A DNA stretch of 64,000 nt from an uncultured Candidatus Nemicrothrix sp. Its GTDB lineage: Bacteria; Actinomycetota; Acidimicrobiia; Acidimicrobiales; MedAcidi-G1. The notes under the pieces were generated by a model. It was not told the DNA's origin. It ran no database searches and saw nothing but the letters and a program-made list of their open reading frames with translations. This document shows positions 8,592-19,174 of this stretch, in pieces. The stretch is from contig CAJXKL010000001.1 in NCBI GenBank assembly GCA_913055915.1, positions 39,576-103,575 of the forward strand, given 5' to 3'. Position 1 is the first letter of the stretch. The number at the start of each line of letters is the position of its first letter. A program made the translations under genes and the position numbers.

Positions 8592-9740
8592 TTGACATGG
8601 GACCTGCTGACCGAACAGGCCGCATTCCTGGCCCTTCTCGACACGCTCAGGGGCGAGAAACGCATCGCCGTGGACACGGAGTTCCACCGGGAGAGAACCT
8701 ATTTCCCGAAGGTAGCCCTCGTCCAGATCGCATGGCCTGGAGGGCTGGTCCTGCTGGACCCCCTTGAGTTGGATCTGGCCCCGATGGCCTCGCTCCTGGA
8801 GTCCGAGACCCTCTGGGTAATGCACGCCGCGGGTCAGGACATAGAAGTATTCCAACGTGCCTGTGGAACCGCTCCACGGCGCCTGTTCGACACACAGTTG
8901 GCTGCCGGGTTCAAGGGGATGTCCTCGCCGTCGCTGTCAGCCCTTCATCAACATGAACTGGGATTCACGCTCTCCAAGGGTGACCGGTTGACCGACTGGC
9001 TGGCTCGGCCTCTGACCGAGTCGCAGTTGGCCTACGCGGCCTCCGACGTGGCCCACCTTCTGGAGATTCACGACCGCCTGACGACAGAGTTGGACAACAG
9101 GGGGCGCCTCGCCTGGGCAGCAGCAGAATGCGAGGAGATGCTCGAGAGAGAGGTCACACGCCGAATCCCTGAGGATGCCTGGCGCCGAATCAAAGAGGCC
9201 CGGAGCCTCAGTGGCAGAACACGCCTCGTGGCCCGCTCCGTCGCCGCATGGAGAGAACGCCGGGCAGCCGAGATCGACATCCCGGTCCGCCACGTACTAC
9301 CTGACCTTGCAGTCGTGGCCATAGCCCAGAAGGCGCCGGCGAATCGCGATGCGCTCAAGAAGGTCAGAGGTGTCGACGGAAGGCACCTCAAGGGAGAAAC
9401 TGCAGAGGGAATCCTGGAGGCTGTGGCAGCGGCTGCCGACCTTCCAGCGCTGCCACCAGGCGAGGACCACAATCACAGTCGGCAACGGGATCTGAGGGCG
9501 GCCGTGACCCTCGTTTCGGCATGGGTGGCCCAACTGGCGCGCGACCTCGAAATGGACCCGACGCTTGTCGGCACACGGTCTGACATCGAGGCACTCGTCC
9601 GCAGCGACCAGGATTCCCGGATGGCCCTCGGTTGGCGCCACGACCTTGTAGGCGAGCCCGTCGAGGAACTCCTCTCGGGCCGTGCCGCCCTTGCCTTCGA
9701 TGGTGAGGGCGAACTCGTCCTCATTCCACGCAACGGCTGA
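8592..9740 (+). CDS. rnd: Ribonuclease D (DEDD 3'-5' exonuclease plus HRDC)
   Basis: IAVDTEFHRERTYFPKVALVQI, YAASDVAHLL, 382 aa. Confidence 0.85.
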   Translation: MTWDLLTEQAAFLALLDTLRGEKRIAVDTEFHRERTYFPKVALVQIAWPGGLVLLDPLELDLAPMASLLESETLWVMHAAGQDIEVFQRACGTAPRRLFDTQLAAGFKGMSSPSLSALHQHELGFTLSKGDRLTDWLARPLTESQLAYAASDVAHLLEIHDRLTTELDNRGRLAWAAAECEEMLEREVTRRIPEDAWRRIKEARSLSGRTRLVARSVAAWRERRAAEIDIPVRHVLPDLAVVAIAQKAPANRDALKKVRGVDGRHLKGETAEGILEAVAAAADLPALPPGEDHNHSRQRDLRAAVTLVSAWVAQLARDLEMDPTLVGTRSDIEALVRSDQDSRMALGWRHDLVGEPVEELLSGRAALAFDGEGELVLIPRNG

Positions 9741-9832
9741 AGAGACCTTCAAGGCCATCCGGTCGCTGTCCACGCTGGTTTCAGAGAGATAGGCTCTAGG
9801 CCCGTTCGTGATCTGACATTGGAGAATCTGCG

Positions 9833-10045
9833 GTGAAGAAGGGTCGACATCGTCGCTTCGAAGAAGCGCGGGCACTCAAGCGAAATCAGGACCTCGACCT
9901 CGACTCGATTTTCGACAGCCTGGACAACACCCGGGAAGGATCGTCGAAATCGGGAGAATCGACGGCGTTCGACGCATGGGCGGACGATTTCGACGATGAA
10001 GAGTCAACCGACTCTGAGGGCGAAACAGCCTCGGACCAGGCCTGA
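9833..10045 (+). CDS. Small protein with basic N-terminus and acidic C-terminal tail, unknown function
   Basis: GTG start with GGAGAA 7 nt upstream. The 70-aa product is MKKGRHRRFEEARALKR...DDFDDEESTDSEGE. Confidence 0.5.
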   Translation: MKKGRHRRFEEARALKRNQDLDLDSIFDSLDNTREGSSKSGESTAFDAWADDFDDEESTDSEGETASDQA

Positions 10046-10066
10046 CCGTCGCTGGCTGACGCCAGA

Positions 10067-11788
10067 TCAGCCTCCGGTCTCCTCCAGGATCTCATCCAGC
10101 TTGAGGATGTCCTCTTCGCGGAGGACCCCGATAAACCGCTGTTCCGCATCGGTGACAGCGAGCACGTCCACGGCCGATTCTTCCATTGCCATAACCGCAT
10201 CGCGGAGAGTCCACGAGGGGAGAACGGCGGGTAGGTCCGTCCGGAGGACCTCGCTGACGGGCGTGTTGTCCCAGTCAGCCCGATCCAACTCTGATACTTC
10301 CGACAGGCTGACGATGCCCAGGTAGGTTCCTCCATCGACCACGGCCACAGCACGCTCGCGTCGAGCCAGGACGTGCAGGTAGACGAACTCGGCGGCTGTG
10401 GCATCTGGTGGAACCGTCAACACGTCGGTGGTCAGGGCTGACGTCACCGGAAGGGTGAAGCGCCGTTCGAGGTGGCCCAGCCTGACGCTCTGTTGATGCT
10501 CAGCGACCGATGAGGGTCCTGCCACCACCTGGCTGACGGCCGCTGCAACCAGGGCAGGCACCACGAAGGACCCACCGGAAACCTCAGCCACGAACATCAC
10601 GGCCGCAATCGGGGCCCGATAGCCGGCACCCAGGAAGGCCGCCAGCCCCAGGGTGGGGTACAGGCCCGGCCTGTCGCTGCCGAGCAACTGTCCAGTCAAC
10701 TGACCAAGGATCACACCCTGTACAGCCAGGGGGATGAAGAGTCCTCCGACACCACCTGAGCCGAGTGTCACCAGGGTCGCCGCCAATCGAACTCCGAACA
10801 ACAGGGCGATCAGACCCAGGCCGTGGTCAGGTCCGACAACCCAGTCCATTGCCTCGAATCCCGGACCGATCGTGAGGGGAGCCCCGAACAGCGTGTCAGC
10901 CAGAAAAGCCAGGGCTGCGAGAAGAACACCACCGGCCAGAACCCTCGGGACAAAAGCGGTCTGCCTGGAACGGGCCTTGGACCAGCGAACCAGCCACGCC
11001 ATAGAGCGACCACCGAGTCCGGCCAGTACACCGAGCAGGATGGCTCCGAACACATCGGCGGTTTCCACGCCGGTGAAGAAGCCCGCCAGATCGTCCGCAG
11101 TGAACCAGAGTTGATCCTGGTCAAACCCCAACCTGTTGGCCGGATTGTTGAGGAAGGGCACGACAGCCTTCGAGCCGACCAGGTTGATGTAGACGACGTA
11201 GCTTGTCGCTGCGGCAAGGAGGGACGGCAGCAGCGCCCTCCGGTTGACGTCATCGCGGTAGGGGGCCTCCAGGGCAAAGAGCACACCGGTGGCTGGCGCC
11301 TTGAACACGGCGGCGACCCCGGCTGCGGCACCCGCCGTCAACAGGACCTTCACGTCGTCACGACTGAGCCAACGCCCGAACCGCTCCCGCATGCTGAGGC
11401 CCACGGTGGCGCCGGCATAGATGGATGGGCCCTCAAGGCCGAGGGCGCCGCCCATGCCGATGGTCACCACACCCGCCAGAAGCTTTGAAGGAAGGTCACG
11501 GAGGGGAAGCCTGGGAGACCGGTCGTGGAATGCACGTACGAACTCATCGGATGTCGTTGAAGACTCACCCCTGCCCGGGTAGCGCAGAATCAACGAAGCA
11601 AGCAGGATTCCGACACCGGGAGCCACAGCCGTCTGCCAGAGGGGGCGGTCCTGCAACCGGTGCAGGAGAACCTCGGCGGTCACATGCTCAAATCCGGCAA
11701 TGAGGACCGCGACAACCACACCTGTGGCAACGGAAAGTGCCAGTACAGGCGTGTTCCCGCGCGTAGCCAAATTCCCGAGCCTGCTCAC
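10067..11788 (-). CDS. ClC-family chloride channel/antiporter with C-terminal CBS pair
   Basis: GLEGPSIYAGA (GxEGP) and GGLFIPLAV motifs, plus a CBS-like C-terminus. Track ORF runs to 11893, but GTG 11788 has AGGAAG upstream and avoids overlap with glcD. Confidence 0.85.
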   Translation of the reverse strand: MSRLGNLATRGNTPVLALSVATGVVVAVLIAGFEHVTAEVLLHRLQDRPLWQTAVAPGVGILLASLILRYPGRGESSTTSDEFVRAFHDRSPRLPLRDLPSKLLAGVVTIGMGGALGLEGPSIYAGATVGLSMRERFGRWLSRDDVKVLLTAGAAAGVAAVFKAPATGVLFALEAPYRDDVNRRALLPSLLAAATSYVVYINLVGSKAVVPFLNNPANRLGFDQDQLWFTADDLAGFFTGVETADVFGAILLGVLAGLGGRSMAWLVRWSKARSRQTAFVPRVLAGGVLLAALAFLADTLFGAPLTIGPGFEAMDWVVGPDHGLGLIALLFGVRLAATLVTLGSGGVGGLFIPLAVQGVILGQLTGQLLGSDRPGLYPTLGLAAFLGAGYRAPIAAVMFVAEVSGGSFVVPALVAAAVSQVVAGPSSVAEHQQSVRLGHLERRFTLPVTSALTTDVLTVPPDATAAEFVYLHVLARRERAVAVVDGGTYLGIVSLSEVSELDRADWDNTPVSEVLRTDLPAVLPSWTLRDAVMAMEESAVDVLAVTDAEQRFIGVLREEDILKLDEILEETGG

Positions 11789-11873
11789 GCCTATCTTCCT
11801 ACACCTTCCACAGCTGGCTTCCTCGTACCCGCCAGTAGCGGCATCTTGCCGAAACAACTGACAGAATGATTCG

Positions 11874-13328
11874 ATGGTCCACGAGGTGCCCACAGGAACC
11901 GATGAACTGGTAGCTGACCTGGTGGCGGCGATCGGACCCGACCGGGTCCTCGTAGGTGGGGGAGCCCGTCACCTCTACGGCCGCGACAGCTCGATAATCG
12001 ACGGTGGCCACAGTGGGCCCGTCTGCTTCCCGGATTCGACCGAACAGGTCGCCGACTGCATCAGGGCTGCTGTCGCCCACGGCCGCGACTTCGTTCCACG
12101 CGGAGCGGGTACAGGCCTCTCGGGAGGTGCCGTTCCATGCAACGACCCGGTGGTGATAGCGACCACGCGGATGAACCAGATTCATGAAGTCGACGTTGAA
12201 CGGCGTATCGCCTGGGTCGGGCCGGGGGTCGTGAATCTGGATCTGACAAGGCACCTTGCGGGCACCGGGCTGCACTTTGCCCCCGACCCCTCGAGCCAGC
12301 AGGCCAGCACGATCGGCGGCAACACGGCGAACAACTCCGGAGGGCCCCACTGCCTTGCCTACGGAGTGACAAGCGCACACGTGGCGGCAGTCGAGGTGGT
12401 GCTGTCAGACGCCAGCACCGTGGTCCTGGGTGAAGAGGTAGGCGATGCGGTCGGCTACGACCTGCGCGGAGCCTTCGTGGGCGGCGAGGGTACGCTCGGA
12501 ATAGCAACCAGGATCGCTGTCAGGCTGACCCCCGATCCGCCGGTCGTGATGACCCTGCTGTTGGACTTCAAGTCGATAGTTGATGCCGCCGAAGCGGTCA
12601 CCGGCATTATCGCCGCTGGCATAGTTCCGGCGGCCCTCGAGATCATGGACCAGAAGGTGGTCCAGGCTGTCGAGAAGTTCGTCAGTGCCGGCTACCCGTT
12701 GGACGCCGGAGCTGTTCTCATCGTGGAACTTGACGGCCTCCCCGCCGGTGTTGCCCGAGAAGTCGAGATCGTCAAGCGGGTAGGTGCCGACAACGGGGTC
12801 GGTACGGTCCGGGTGGCTGCCGACAATGCCGAACGGGAACTCATCTGGAAGGGCCGAAAGAACGCCTTTGGGGCGATAGCCCACATCGCGCCCCGCTACT
12901 ACCTCCACGATACGGTGGTGCCCCGCACCCGACTGGCAGAGGTCATCGAAAAGGTCAACGCCGCCGCCGAACGCCACGACCTGATCGTGATGAACGTCTT
13001 CCATGCCGGCGACGGGAACCTGCACCCACTGCTTATGTTCGATCCCCGTGAGCCGGGGACCTTGGAAAGGGTCCATGCCGCCGGCGAGGAGATCGTACGG
13101 ATCGCCATTGAGGCCGGAGGCGTCTTGTCTGGCGAACATGGGATCGGCCTGGAGAAACGTCGCTTCATGTCCCTGCTCTTTTCCCCGGATGACCTTGCCG
13201 CCCAGCGGGCCCTGCGCGACGCCTTCGATCCGCTGGGCCGCGCCAACCCCCTCAAGGTCTTCCCGACGGGTGCAAGTTGCGGTGACGTGGTGGGCCTGAC
13301 AGAGATTCCCGAGGGAGTCTGGGTGTGA
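11874..13328 (+). CDS. glcD: Glycolate oxidase subunit GlcD (FAD-linked oxidase)
   Basis: FAD-binding PCMH-type N-terminal half, HAGDGNLHP motif, and the glcDEF gene order. Confidence 0.85.
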   Translation: MVHEVPTGTDELVADLVAAIGPDRVLVGGGARHLYGRDSSIIDGGHSGPVCFPDSTEQVADCIRAAVAHGRDFVPRGAGTGLSGGAVPCNDPVVIATTRMNQIHEVDVERRIAWVGPGVVNLDLTRHLAGTGLHFAPDPSSQQASTIGGNTANNSGGPHCLAYGVTSAHVAAVEVVLSDASTVVLGEEVGDAVGYDLRGAFVGGEGTLGIATRIAVRLTPDPPVVMTLLLDFKSIVDAAEAVTGIIAAGIVPAALEIMDQKVVQAVEKFVSAGYPLDAGAVLIVELDGLPAGVAREVEIVKRVGADNGVGTVRVAADNAERELIWKGRKNAFGAIAHIAPRYYLHDTVVPRTRLAEVIEKVNAAAERHDLIVMNVFHAGDGNLHPLLMFDPREPGTLERVHAAGEEIVRIAIEAGGVLSGEHGIGLEKRRFMSLLFSPDDLAAQRALRDAFDPLGRANPLKVFPTGASCGDVVGLTEIPEGVWV

Positions 13329-14209
13329 ACGCGATGGAGGACTTCCGTGCAGAGGTCGGGTCCAGTGGCCCCGTGTGTGTCAAGGGAGGCGGCACACGAT
13401 GGAGCCTCGGGGGAGAGGCCAACACCAACGTCAGGGTTGTGCATGCACCCGGCGGAATCGACTCCCACGACCCGGCTGAGATGACCGTTGCGGTCTGGGC
13501 CGGTACCACGCTCACGATCCTGGCAGAGGTGTTGGCAGAGAAGCGCCAGGAGGTGGTCCTTGACGGGCCACCGGGCTCAACCGTGGGCGGTTCCCTCTCG
13601 GTCGGCTGGAACAGCATCAGGCGTCAACGCATCGGAACGGCCCGCGACTCCCTTCTTCAGGCCGAGTGTGTCGGGGCCGACGGAAGGATCTTCAAGGCCG
13701 GCGGCCCAACCGTGAAGAACGCCAGTGGATACGAGCTGTGCCGCCTCCTGGTCGGCTCCCTCGGGACCCTTGCCCTGACGGGTCGAGTGATCCTCCGGAC
13801 GAGGCCACTGCCGGAGTGCTCTCTCTGGCTTCGAGGGACCATGTCGCCTGTCGAGGTGGAGCGCTCCTGCTACCGGCCGTCGAGCATCCTCTGGGACGGA
13901 AGCAACAGCCACGTGTGCCTCGAGGGCTATGGGGCTGACGTGGAAAGCGAAGCCGAAGGTCTCGCCGAGCACGGCATGACCGAGGTGGCAGGGCCGCCGG
14001 ACCTGCCACCAGACCGCGACAGGTGGAGCGGCGACCTGCCCCAAGGGGCGGTCCTGGATGTGGCGACCGGTGTGGTCCACCGCCACGGGAGCACGGTCGC
14101 TCCAGAGGTGGATCCCGCCGTGAAGGTCATTGCACACCGACTGAAGGCGAACTTCGACCCACAGGGCCGCCTCAATCCGGGCCGTGACCCGTACCAGATG
14201 TCGGCATGA
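13325..14209 (+). CDS. glcE: Glycolate oxidase FAD-binding subunit GlcE
   Basis: 4-nt overlap with glcD, FAD-binding-like sequence, position between glcD and glcF. Confidence 0.7.
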   Translation: MNAMEDFRAEVGSSGPVCVKGGGTRWSLGGEANTNVRVVHAPGGIDSHDPAEMTVAVWAGTTLTILAEVLAEKRQEVVLDGPPGSTVGGSLSVGWNSIRRQRIGTARDSLLQAECVGADGRIFKAGGPTVKNASGYELCRLLVGSLGTLALTGRVILRTRPLPECSLWLRGTMSPVEVERSCYRPSSILWDGSNSHVCLEGYGADVESEAEGLAEHGMTEVAGPPDLPPDRDRWSGDLPQGAVLDVATGVVHRHGSTVAPEVDPAVKVIAHRLKANFDPQGRLNPGRDPYQMSA

Positions 14210-15444
14210 GCAGTCCTTCGTACACAGAATTGCTGGATCTCGACAGCGACTCCCTGACAACGTGTGTGGCATGTGGCCTGTGTCTGCCACACTGCCCGAC
14301 CTTCAGGCTCACCGGCGACGAACGGATGTCACCCCGGGGACGAATTGCGCTGATGCTAGCGCTCCAGACCGGCGAAGCGGCCTGTGACGATGAGTGGTAC
14401 AACTCCATGGAGACCTGCATGCAGTGCCGCGGCTGCGAAGCAGCATGCCCGGCGGGTGTGCCGTTTGGCGAACTGATCTCGGGTGCCAGGGCTGCAATAT
14501 CTGATGCCAGGCCGCTGCCGCTACACCTCCGCATCGGCCTATGGGCCCTGACCCGGCCTCGCCTGCTTCTGACAGGCAGCAGGCTTGTGGCCCTGCTGCA
14601 ACGCCTCCGAATGCTCCCACGAGTAACATTCCTACCGAGGCGCCTTCCCCTCTCCGGATCCAGCCTCCCACGCCGCACAGAGGGCGACGTGATCCTGTTC
14701 ACGGGATGCGTCATGGACGTCTGGCAACCAGAGGTGCACGACGCCTGCGAGTCGGTAATTGAGGTCACCGGATCCACCGTCCTGCGATCCGGGCCCAGAA
14801 CCGGGTGCTGCGGGGCCCTGCACGAACATGCCGGGCTTCACGATTCGGCCCGGGAGTTGGCCGAACACGTAATCGCCACCCTCCAGGGCGACCAGCAGGT
14901 CCTAGTCGACTCAGCCGGCTGCGGGGCAGCCCTGAAGGCCTACGGTGACCTCCTCGGAACACCCGAGGCGAAGGTCTTTTCCGAACGTGTACTCGACGTT
15001 CACGAATGGTTGGCGGAACGCAGCGACGCACTACCGCTGGCCGACGTGTCAGGTCGACCCGGGGTAATCGTCCAGGACCCCTGCCACCTCCGCCATGTGC
15101 AGGATGCCCATGGTGCTGTCCGCCAGGTTCTGGGACACTGCTCTGAAGTTGTCGAACTGAACGACGACGGCCTGTGCTGTGGGGCAGGGGGTTCCTACTC
15201 CCTGCTGCAACCGGTAATGGCCACTGCGGCTCGCGACCGCAAGGTCGAGCTGATCAGGGATGTCTCCGCACGCTCCGGTGCGAACATCGTGGTAAGCGCC
15301 AACCCGGGCTGTTCCATGCACCTGGCTACAGCCGGCATCGAGGTTCTGCACCCGATTCAGGTACTCGCAGGGATGCTCGCGTCGCCAGGTGAGGTGGTCG
15401 GCGGATCGCCAGCTGGGCCAGCAGGAGGAGCCGATGGCAGGTGA
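14206..15444 (+). CDS. glcF: Glycolate oxidase iron-sulfur subunit GlcF
   Basis: Two ferredoxin-type clusters (CVACGLCLPHCP, CMQCRGCEAACP) plus CCG repeats. Confidence 0.85.
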   Translation: MSSPSYTELLDLDSDSLTTCVACGLCLPHCPTFRLTGDERMSPRGRIALMLALQTGEAACDDEWYNSMETCMQCRGCEAACPAGVPFGELISGARAAISDARPLPLHLRIGLWALTRPRLLLTGSRLVALLQRLRMLPRVTFLPRRLPLSGSSLPRRTEGDVILFTGCVMDVWQPEVHDACESVIEVTGSTVLRSGPRTGCCGALHEHAGLHDSARELAEHVIATLQGDQQVLVDSAGCGAALKAYGDLLGTPEAKVFSERVLDVHEWLAERSDALPLADVSGRPGVIVQDPCHLRHVQDAHGAVRQVLGHCSEVVELNDDGLCCGAGGSYSLLQPVMATAARDRKVELIRDVSARSGANIVVSANPGCSMHLATAGIEVLHPIQVLAGMLASPGEVVGGSPAGPAGGADGR

Positions 15445-15631
15445 GTTCGAGGATCTACGTACCCGCCTGGAGGCAATCTCTGAGGAACTCGCCGATCTCG
15501 CCATCTCGCGCCTCCGTGACTCAATCGACGCCGGCGGTACGGAACTACCCATCGATGAGCGCCGCCTGACCAGAGCCCGTCGTGCTGTCCTGAAGGCCGC
15601 ACACCTTCTGGAGGAGCGGGACGGCGGCTAG
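15434..15631 (+). CDS. Small helical hypothetical protein (65 aa)
   Basis: ATG 15434 is preceded by GGAGGAG (15424-15430). It lies inside track ORF 15389..15631. Confidence 0.4.
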   Translation: MAGEFEDLRTRLEAISEELADLAISRLRDSIDAGGTELPIDERRLTRARRAVLKAAHLLEERDGG

Positions 15632-16704
15632 GTGGTGCCCAACTGTTCAGCGGTGTTCAGGAAGTCGATCATCTGTCGTAGTCGGGCGTGGGCGTGGCGG
15701 TCGAAGTTCATCACCAGGCGGGTCAGGGCCAGCTCGTCGTTATCGGCGATCTCGGCCCTGGACGGTTCACCCCGTTCGATCTTCCCATCTGCCAGCAGGT
15801 CGGAGAAGTTGTCGTTCAGTCCCTCCAACTCCTCGTCGCCTATCTGGCGTTGCAGCCGCAGCACCAGCCGCTTCCCCACGTACCGCATCGAGTGGTAGGT
15901 GCTGTAGAAGTCACAGATGTGGTCAGCCGCCGCGACCGGATCGTCGGTAGCGAAGACGAGTGACAGGTCGGCCTGTGAGATGAGGCCACCTTCCACGAGT
16001 TCCTTCTCGACGAACTCGGCCCAGTAGTCCCAGTAGGTGCTCTCCGGGGGATCGAGCAACACGACGGGCGCAATGGGCGACTTGCCGGTCTGCATGAGGG
16101 TGAGAAGTTCGAAGGCCTCGTCCATGGTTCCGAACCCACCCGGCAGCAGCGCATAGCCGTGCGATTCCTTCATGAACATGACCTTGCGGGTGAAGAAGTA
16201 GCGAAAGTTGATCAGCTTGGGGTCATCGGTGATGAATTCGTTGGCCTCGGACTCGAAAGGAAGCTGGATGTTCACTCCGAATGAGCGGTCGGATCCTGCA
16301 CCTTCCATTCCGGCTGCCATGATCCCGGGCCCGGCCCCGGTGATGACCATCCAGCCACGCTCCGCTATCGCCTCTCCGAAGGCAGCGGCCGTCCGGTACG
16401 CAGGGTCACCTTCTCGGATCCGTGCCGATCCGAAGATGGTGGCCTTCCTGATGCCCCGGTAGGGAGCGAAGACGGCAAAGGAGTGGCGGAGTTCCTTCAG
16501 GGCTGAGTTGACGAGCTTCAACTCGCCCCTGTCGGCGTCCTCACAGCCGAGGCGAACCGACGAAACCAGGAGTTCGGCAATCAGGTCAAGATCGTCGGGA
16601 CGACCGGTCGCAGCCGCCAACTCCTCCACGGCAGCGTCGAGGCCGGGGTCCCCGGTGCGGTAGCGACGAAGGTTTCCGGGGGCTTGCGGAGGGTCGGCTG
16701 TCAT
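15628..16704 (-). CDS. LOG/TIGR00730-family nucleotide 5'-monophosphate nucleosidase-like protein, long form
   Basis: IFGSARI, GAGPGIMAA, PGGFGTMDE motifs. Track ORF extends to 17160, but ATG 16704 forms an ATGA overlap with the fbiC stop. Confidence 0.8.
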   Translation of the reverse strand: MTADPPQAPGNLRRYRTGDPGLDAAVEELAAATGRPDDLDLIAELLVSSVRLGCEDADRGELKLVNSALKELRHSFAVFAPYRGIRKATIFGSARIREGDPAYRTAAAFGEAIAERGWMVITGAGPGIMAAGMEGAGSDRSFGVNIQLPFESEANEFITDDPKLINFRYFFTRKVMFMKESHGYALLPGGFGTMDEAFELLTLMQTGKSPIAPVVLLDPPESTYWDYWAEFVEKELVEGGLISQADLSLVFATDDPVAAADHICDFYSTYHSMRYVGKRLVLRLQRQIGDEELEGLNDNFSDLLADGKIERGEPSRAEIADNDELALTRLVMNFDRHAHARLRQMIDFLNTAEQLGTT

Positions 16705-19121
16705 GCGCTGGTTACAGGAATCGGGATCCGGCCGTCCTCGGGGGCCGTCACGTGCAGCCTCGTACCGCCCTGAACGCGGTCGTAGAGGGTCGTGCGCTGC
16801 TCCAAGGACCTGCCAAGGGGTTCGACCAGGGCCCGCATCTGTGGTTCGGTCATCATCTGGCCGTGCTCCGCTCCAGCGGCCCGTGAGATGTTCTCGTCCA
16901 CGAGCGTGCCACCGAGGTCGTTGACCCCGGCCTGAAGCAACTGTCGGACACCGTCGTTGCCGATCTTCACCCAGGAGGCCTGGACGTTCGGTATCAGATC
17001 GCCATATGCGATGCGTGCAACGGCATGGACAAGGAGGGTTTCGCGAAAAGTGGGGCCCCGCCGGGCCCTGTGCTGCAGGTAGATGGGCGCTGCCATGTGC
17101 ACGAACGGCAACCCTACGAACTCGGTAAAGCCCCCGGTCTCCCTCTGGAGGTCTCGACAAAGCAACAGGTGTCGAACCCAGTGACCGGGTTGTTCAACTG
17201 CCCCGAACATCATCGTCACGTTCGATGCCAGACCCACGCTGTGCGCCGTCCTGTGAGCTTCCAACCACTCATCGGTCGAGATCTTGTCAGGACACAGGAC
17301 CTCGCGGACCTCGTCGTCGAGGATCTCTGCGGCGGTTCCCGGTAGCGATCTCAGCCCGGCGTCCATCAGGCGCCTCAGGTAGTCGGCCAGTGGTTCGCCA
17401 AGACGGTGAGCTCCCTCGATCACCTCAAGGGCCGTGAACCCGTGGACGTGGATGTCCGGTACGGCTTCGCAGACCGCACGGGTCACGCCCACGTAGTAGT
17501 CGCCGTCAAAGTCAGGGTGGATTCCGCCCTGGAGACAGACCTCGGTGGCCCCCATGCGGGCGCCATCGGCTGCCCTGTCGGCGATCTCCGAAATCTCCAG
17601 GCGGTACGGAGTGCCCCGCAGGTCAAGCGACATCGGCCCCTTCGAGAAGCCACAGAATCGACACTTGTAGGTGCAGATGTTCGTGTAGTTGATGTTCCGG
17701 TTCGCCACGAAGGTGACCGCATCGCCGTTGATCCTGCGGCGCAGGTCGTCGGCTACCTCGGCCACTGCAGCCACCTCGCCACCCCTCGCAGAAAACAGGG
17801 TTATCAACTCATCGTGTCCAGGCTCCTGGCCGTCCATGACACCGTCGAGCACCTCTGCGATCGGCCCACGCCTGAGCGGTGAGCCCGACACGAGGGGTGC
17901 CGGGAGGTTGGAGGCTCCGGAATACCAGGCGGTCGAGGTGGAGCTGAGACGGCGAGGCGTCGGGCCGTCGCCGTCGGCGATCTCCTCGAAGACCTCGGGG
18001 AAGACGGACCCGGGATCGTCGCGTGCAAGCGACTCGGAGTCACTCCTGTCGAGCACGGCGAAGCGGAGGTGCTCATGCAGCCACTGACCGGGGTCTGAGG
18101 CGAACTCGGGATAGATGGTCAGGCGGGGGGCGAGGACGTGGCCGTGCTCCTCGGCCACCTGTTTGAGTAACTCAAGGCCCGGCCAGGGACGCTCAGGGTT
18201 CACATGATCAGCGGTGAGCGGAGACACCCCACCCCAGTCGTCGATGCCTGCTGAGATCAGGTCGCCGAAGTCGTCAGAAAGGTTGGGTGGTGCCTGCAGG
18301 TGGATCTCGGGAGGCAACACAAGCCTGGCCAGTGCAATCGTGTCTAGGTATTCGCTGCGGTCGCAGGGCTTCCAGTCATGCATGGCGGTGCCGGGCTTGG
18401 GAAGGAAGTTCTGGACGATCACCTCCTGAACGTGGCCGTGGCGCCCGTGGGAGTCAGCTATGGCGTTAAGCGTCCGGATGCGAGAAAGTCGGTCCTCGCC
18501 GATGCCTACCAGGAGTCCCGTCGTGAAGGGAATCGAGAGGCGCCCAGCAGCCTCGAGGGTCTCAAGACGTCGCTCGGGTTCCTTGTCGGGACAGGCCCTG
18601 TGGCATGCGAGGTCGGGGTCGAGAGATTCAAGCAGCATGCCCTGAGAGGCGGAAACCCTCCGGAGGGTCGACAGGTCCCCAGGTCCCAGCGCTCCGGCAT
18701 TCGCATGTGGCAGTAGACCGGTCTCGTCCAGGACCATCCCGGCCATCTCGGTCAGGTACTCAACAGTGGAGGAGAAGCCATGTCTGGACAGCCAGGCAGC
18801 CGCTACCGGATAGCGGGACTCGGGGCACTCGCCAAGCGTGAAAAGGGCCTCGTGGCAGCCCATTGAGGCGCCGGTTCTGGCGATCTCGAGAACCTGTTCA
18901 GGTTCGAGGTAGGGAGACTCCAGGCGCGCCGGCGGGCGGGCGAAGGTGCAGTAGCCGCAGCGGTCCCTGCAGAGCATCGTCAGAGGAATGAACACCTTGG
19001 GGCTGAAGGTGATTCGGTTGCCGTGGTGTCGGTCGCGCACCTCGCGTGCCGCAGTCCTGAGCTCCTCGCCGTGAAGGTCCAGGCTGTCGGGTGCAAGCGG
19101 CGGGGATGTTGCTGATTCCAC
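16701..19121 (-). CDS. fbiC: FO synthase (fused CofG/CofH), F420 biosynthesis
   Basis: Two radical-SAM CxxxCxxC motifs (CRDRCGYCTF and CTYKCRFCGF) in an 806-aa two-domain protein. Confidence 0.9.
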   Translation of the reverse strand: MESATSPPLAPDSLDLHGEELRTAAREVRDRHHGNRITFSPKVFIPLTMLCRDRCGYCTFARPPARLESPYLEPEQVLEIARTGASMGCHEALFTLGECPESRYPVAAAWLSRHGFSSTVEYLTEMAGMVLDETGLLPHANAGALGPGDLSTLRRVSASQGMLLESLDPDLACHRACPDKEPERRLETLEAAGRLSIPFTTGLLVGIGEDRLSRIRTLNAIADSHGRHGHVQEVIVQNFLPKPGTAMHDWKPCDRSEYLDTIALARLVLPPEIHLQAPPNLSDDFGDLISAGIDDWGGVSPLTADHVNPERPWPGLELLKQVAEEHGHVLAPRLTIYPEFASDPGQWLHEHLRFAVLDRSDSESLARDDPGSVFPEVFEEIADGDGPTPRRLSSTSTAWYSGASNLPAPLVSGSPLRRGPIAEVLDGVMDGQEPGHDELITLFSARGGEVAAVAEVADDLRRRINGDAVTFVANRNINYTNICTYKCRFCGFSKGPMSLDLRGTPYRLEISEIADRAADGARMGATEVCLQGGIHPDFDGDYYVGVTRAVCEAVPDIHVHGFTALEVIEGAHRLGEPLADYLRRLMDAGLRSLPGTAAEILDDEVREVLCPDKISTDEWLEAHRTAHSVGLASNVTMMFGAVEQPGHWVRHLLLCRDLQRETGGFTEFVGLPFVHMAAPIYLQHRARRGPTFRETLLVHAVARIAYGDLIPNVQASWVKIGNDGVRQLLQAGVNDLGGTLVDENISRAAGAEHGQMMTEPQMRALVEPLGRSLEQRTTLYDRVQGGTRLHVTAPEDGRIPIPVTSA

Positions 19122-19174
19122 TTCGGTAAACTAGCAGTCGCTCAGGCCTCTCGGTCGATCGGCTGGTGGTCCTT

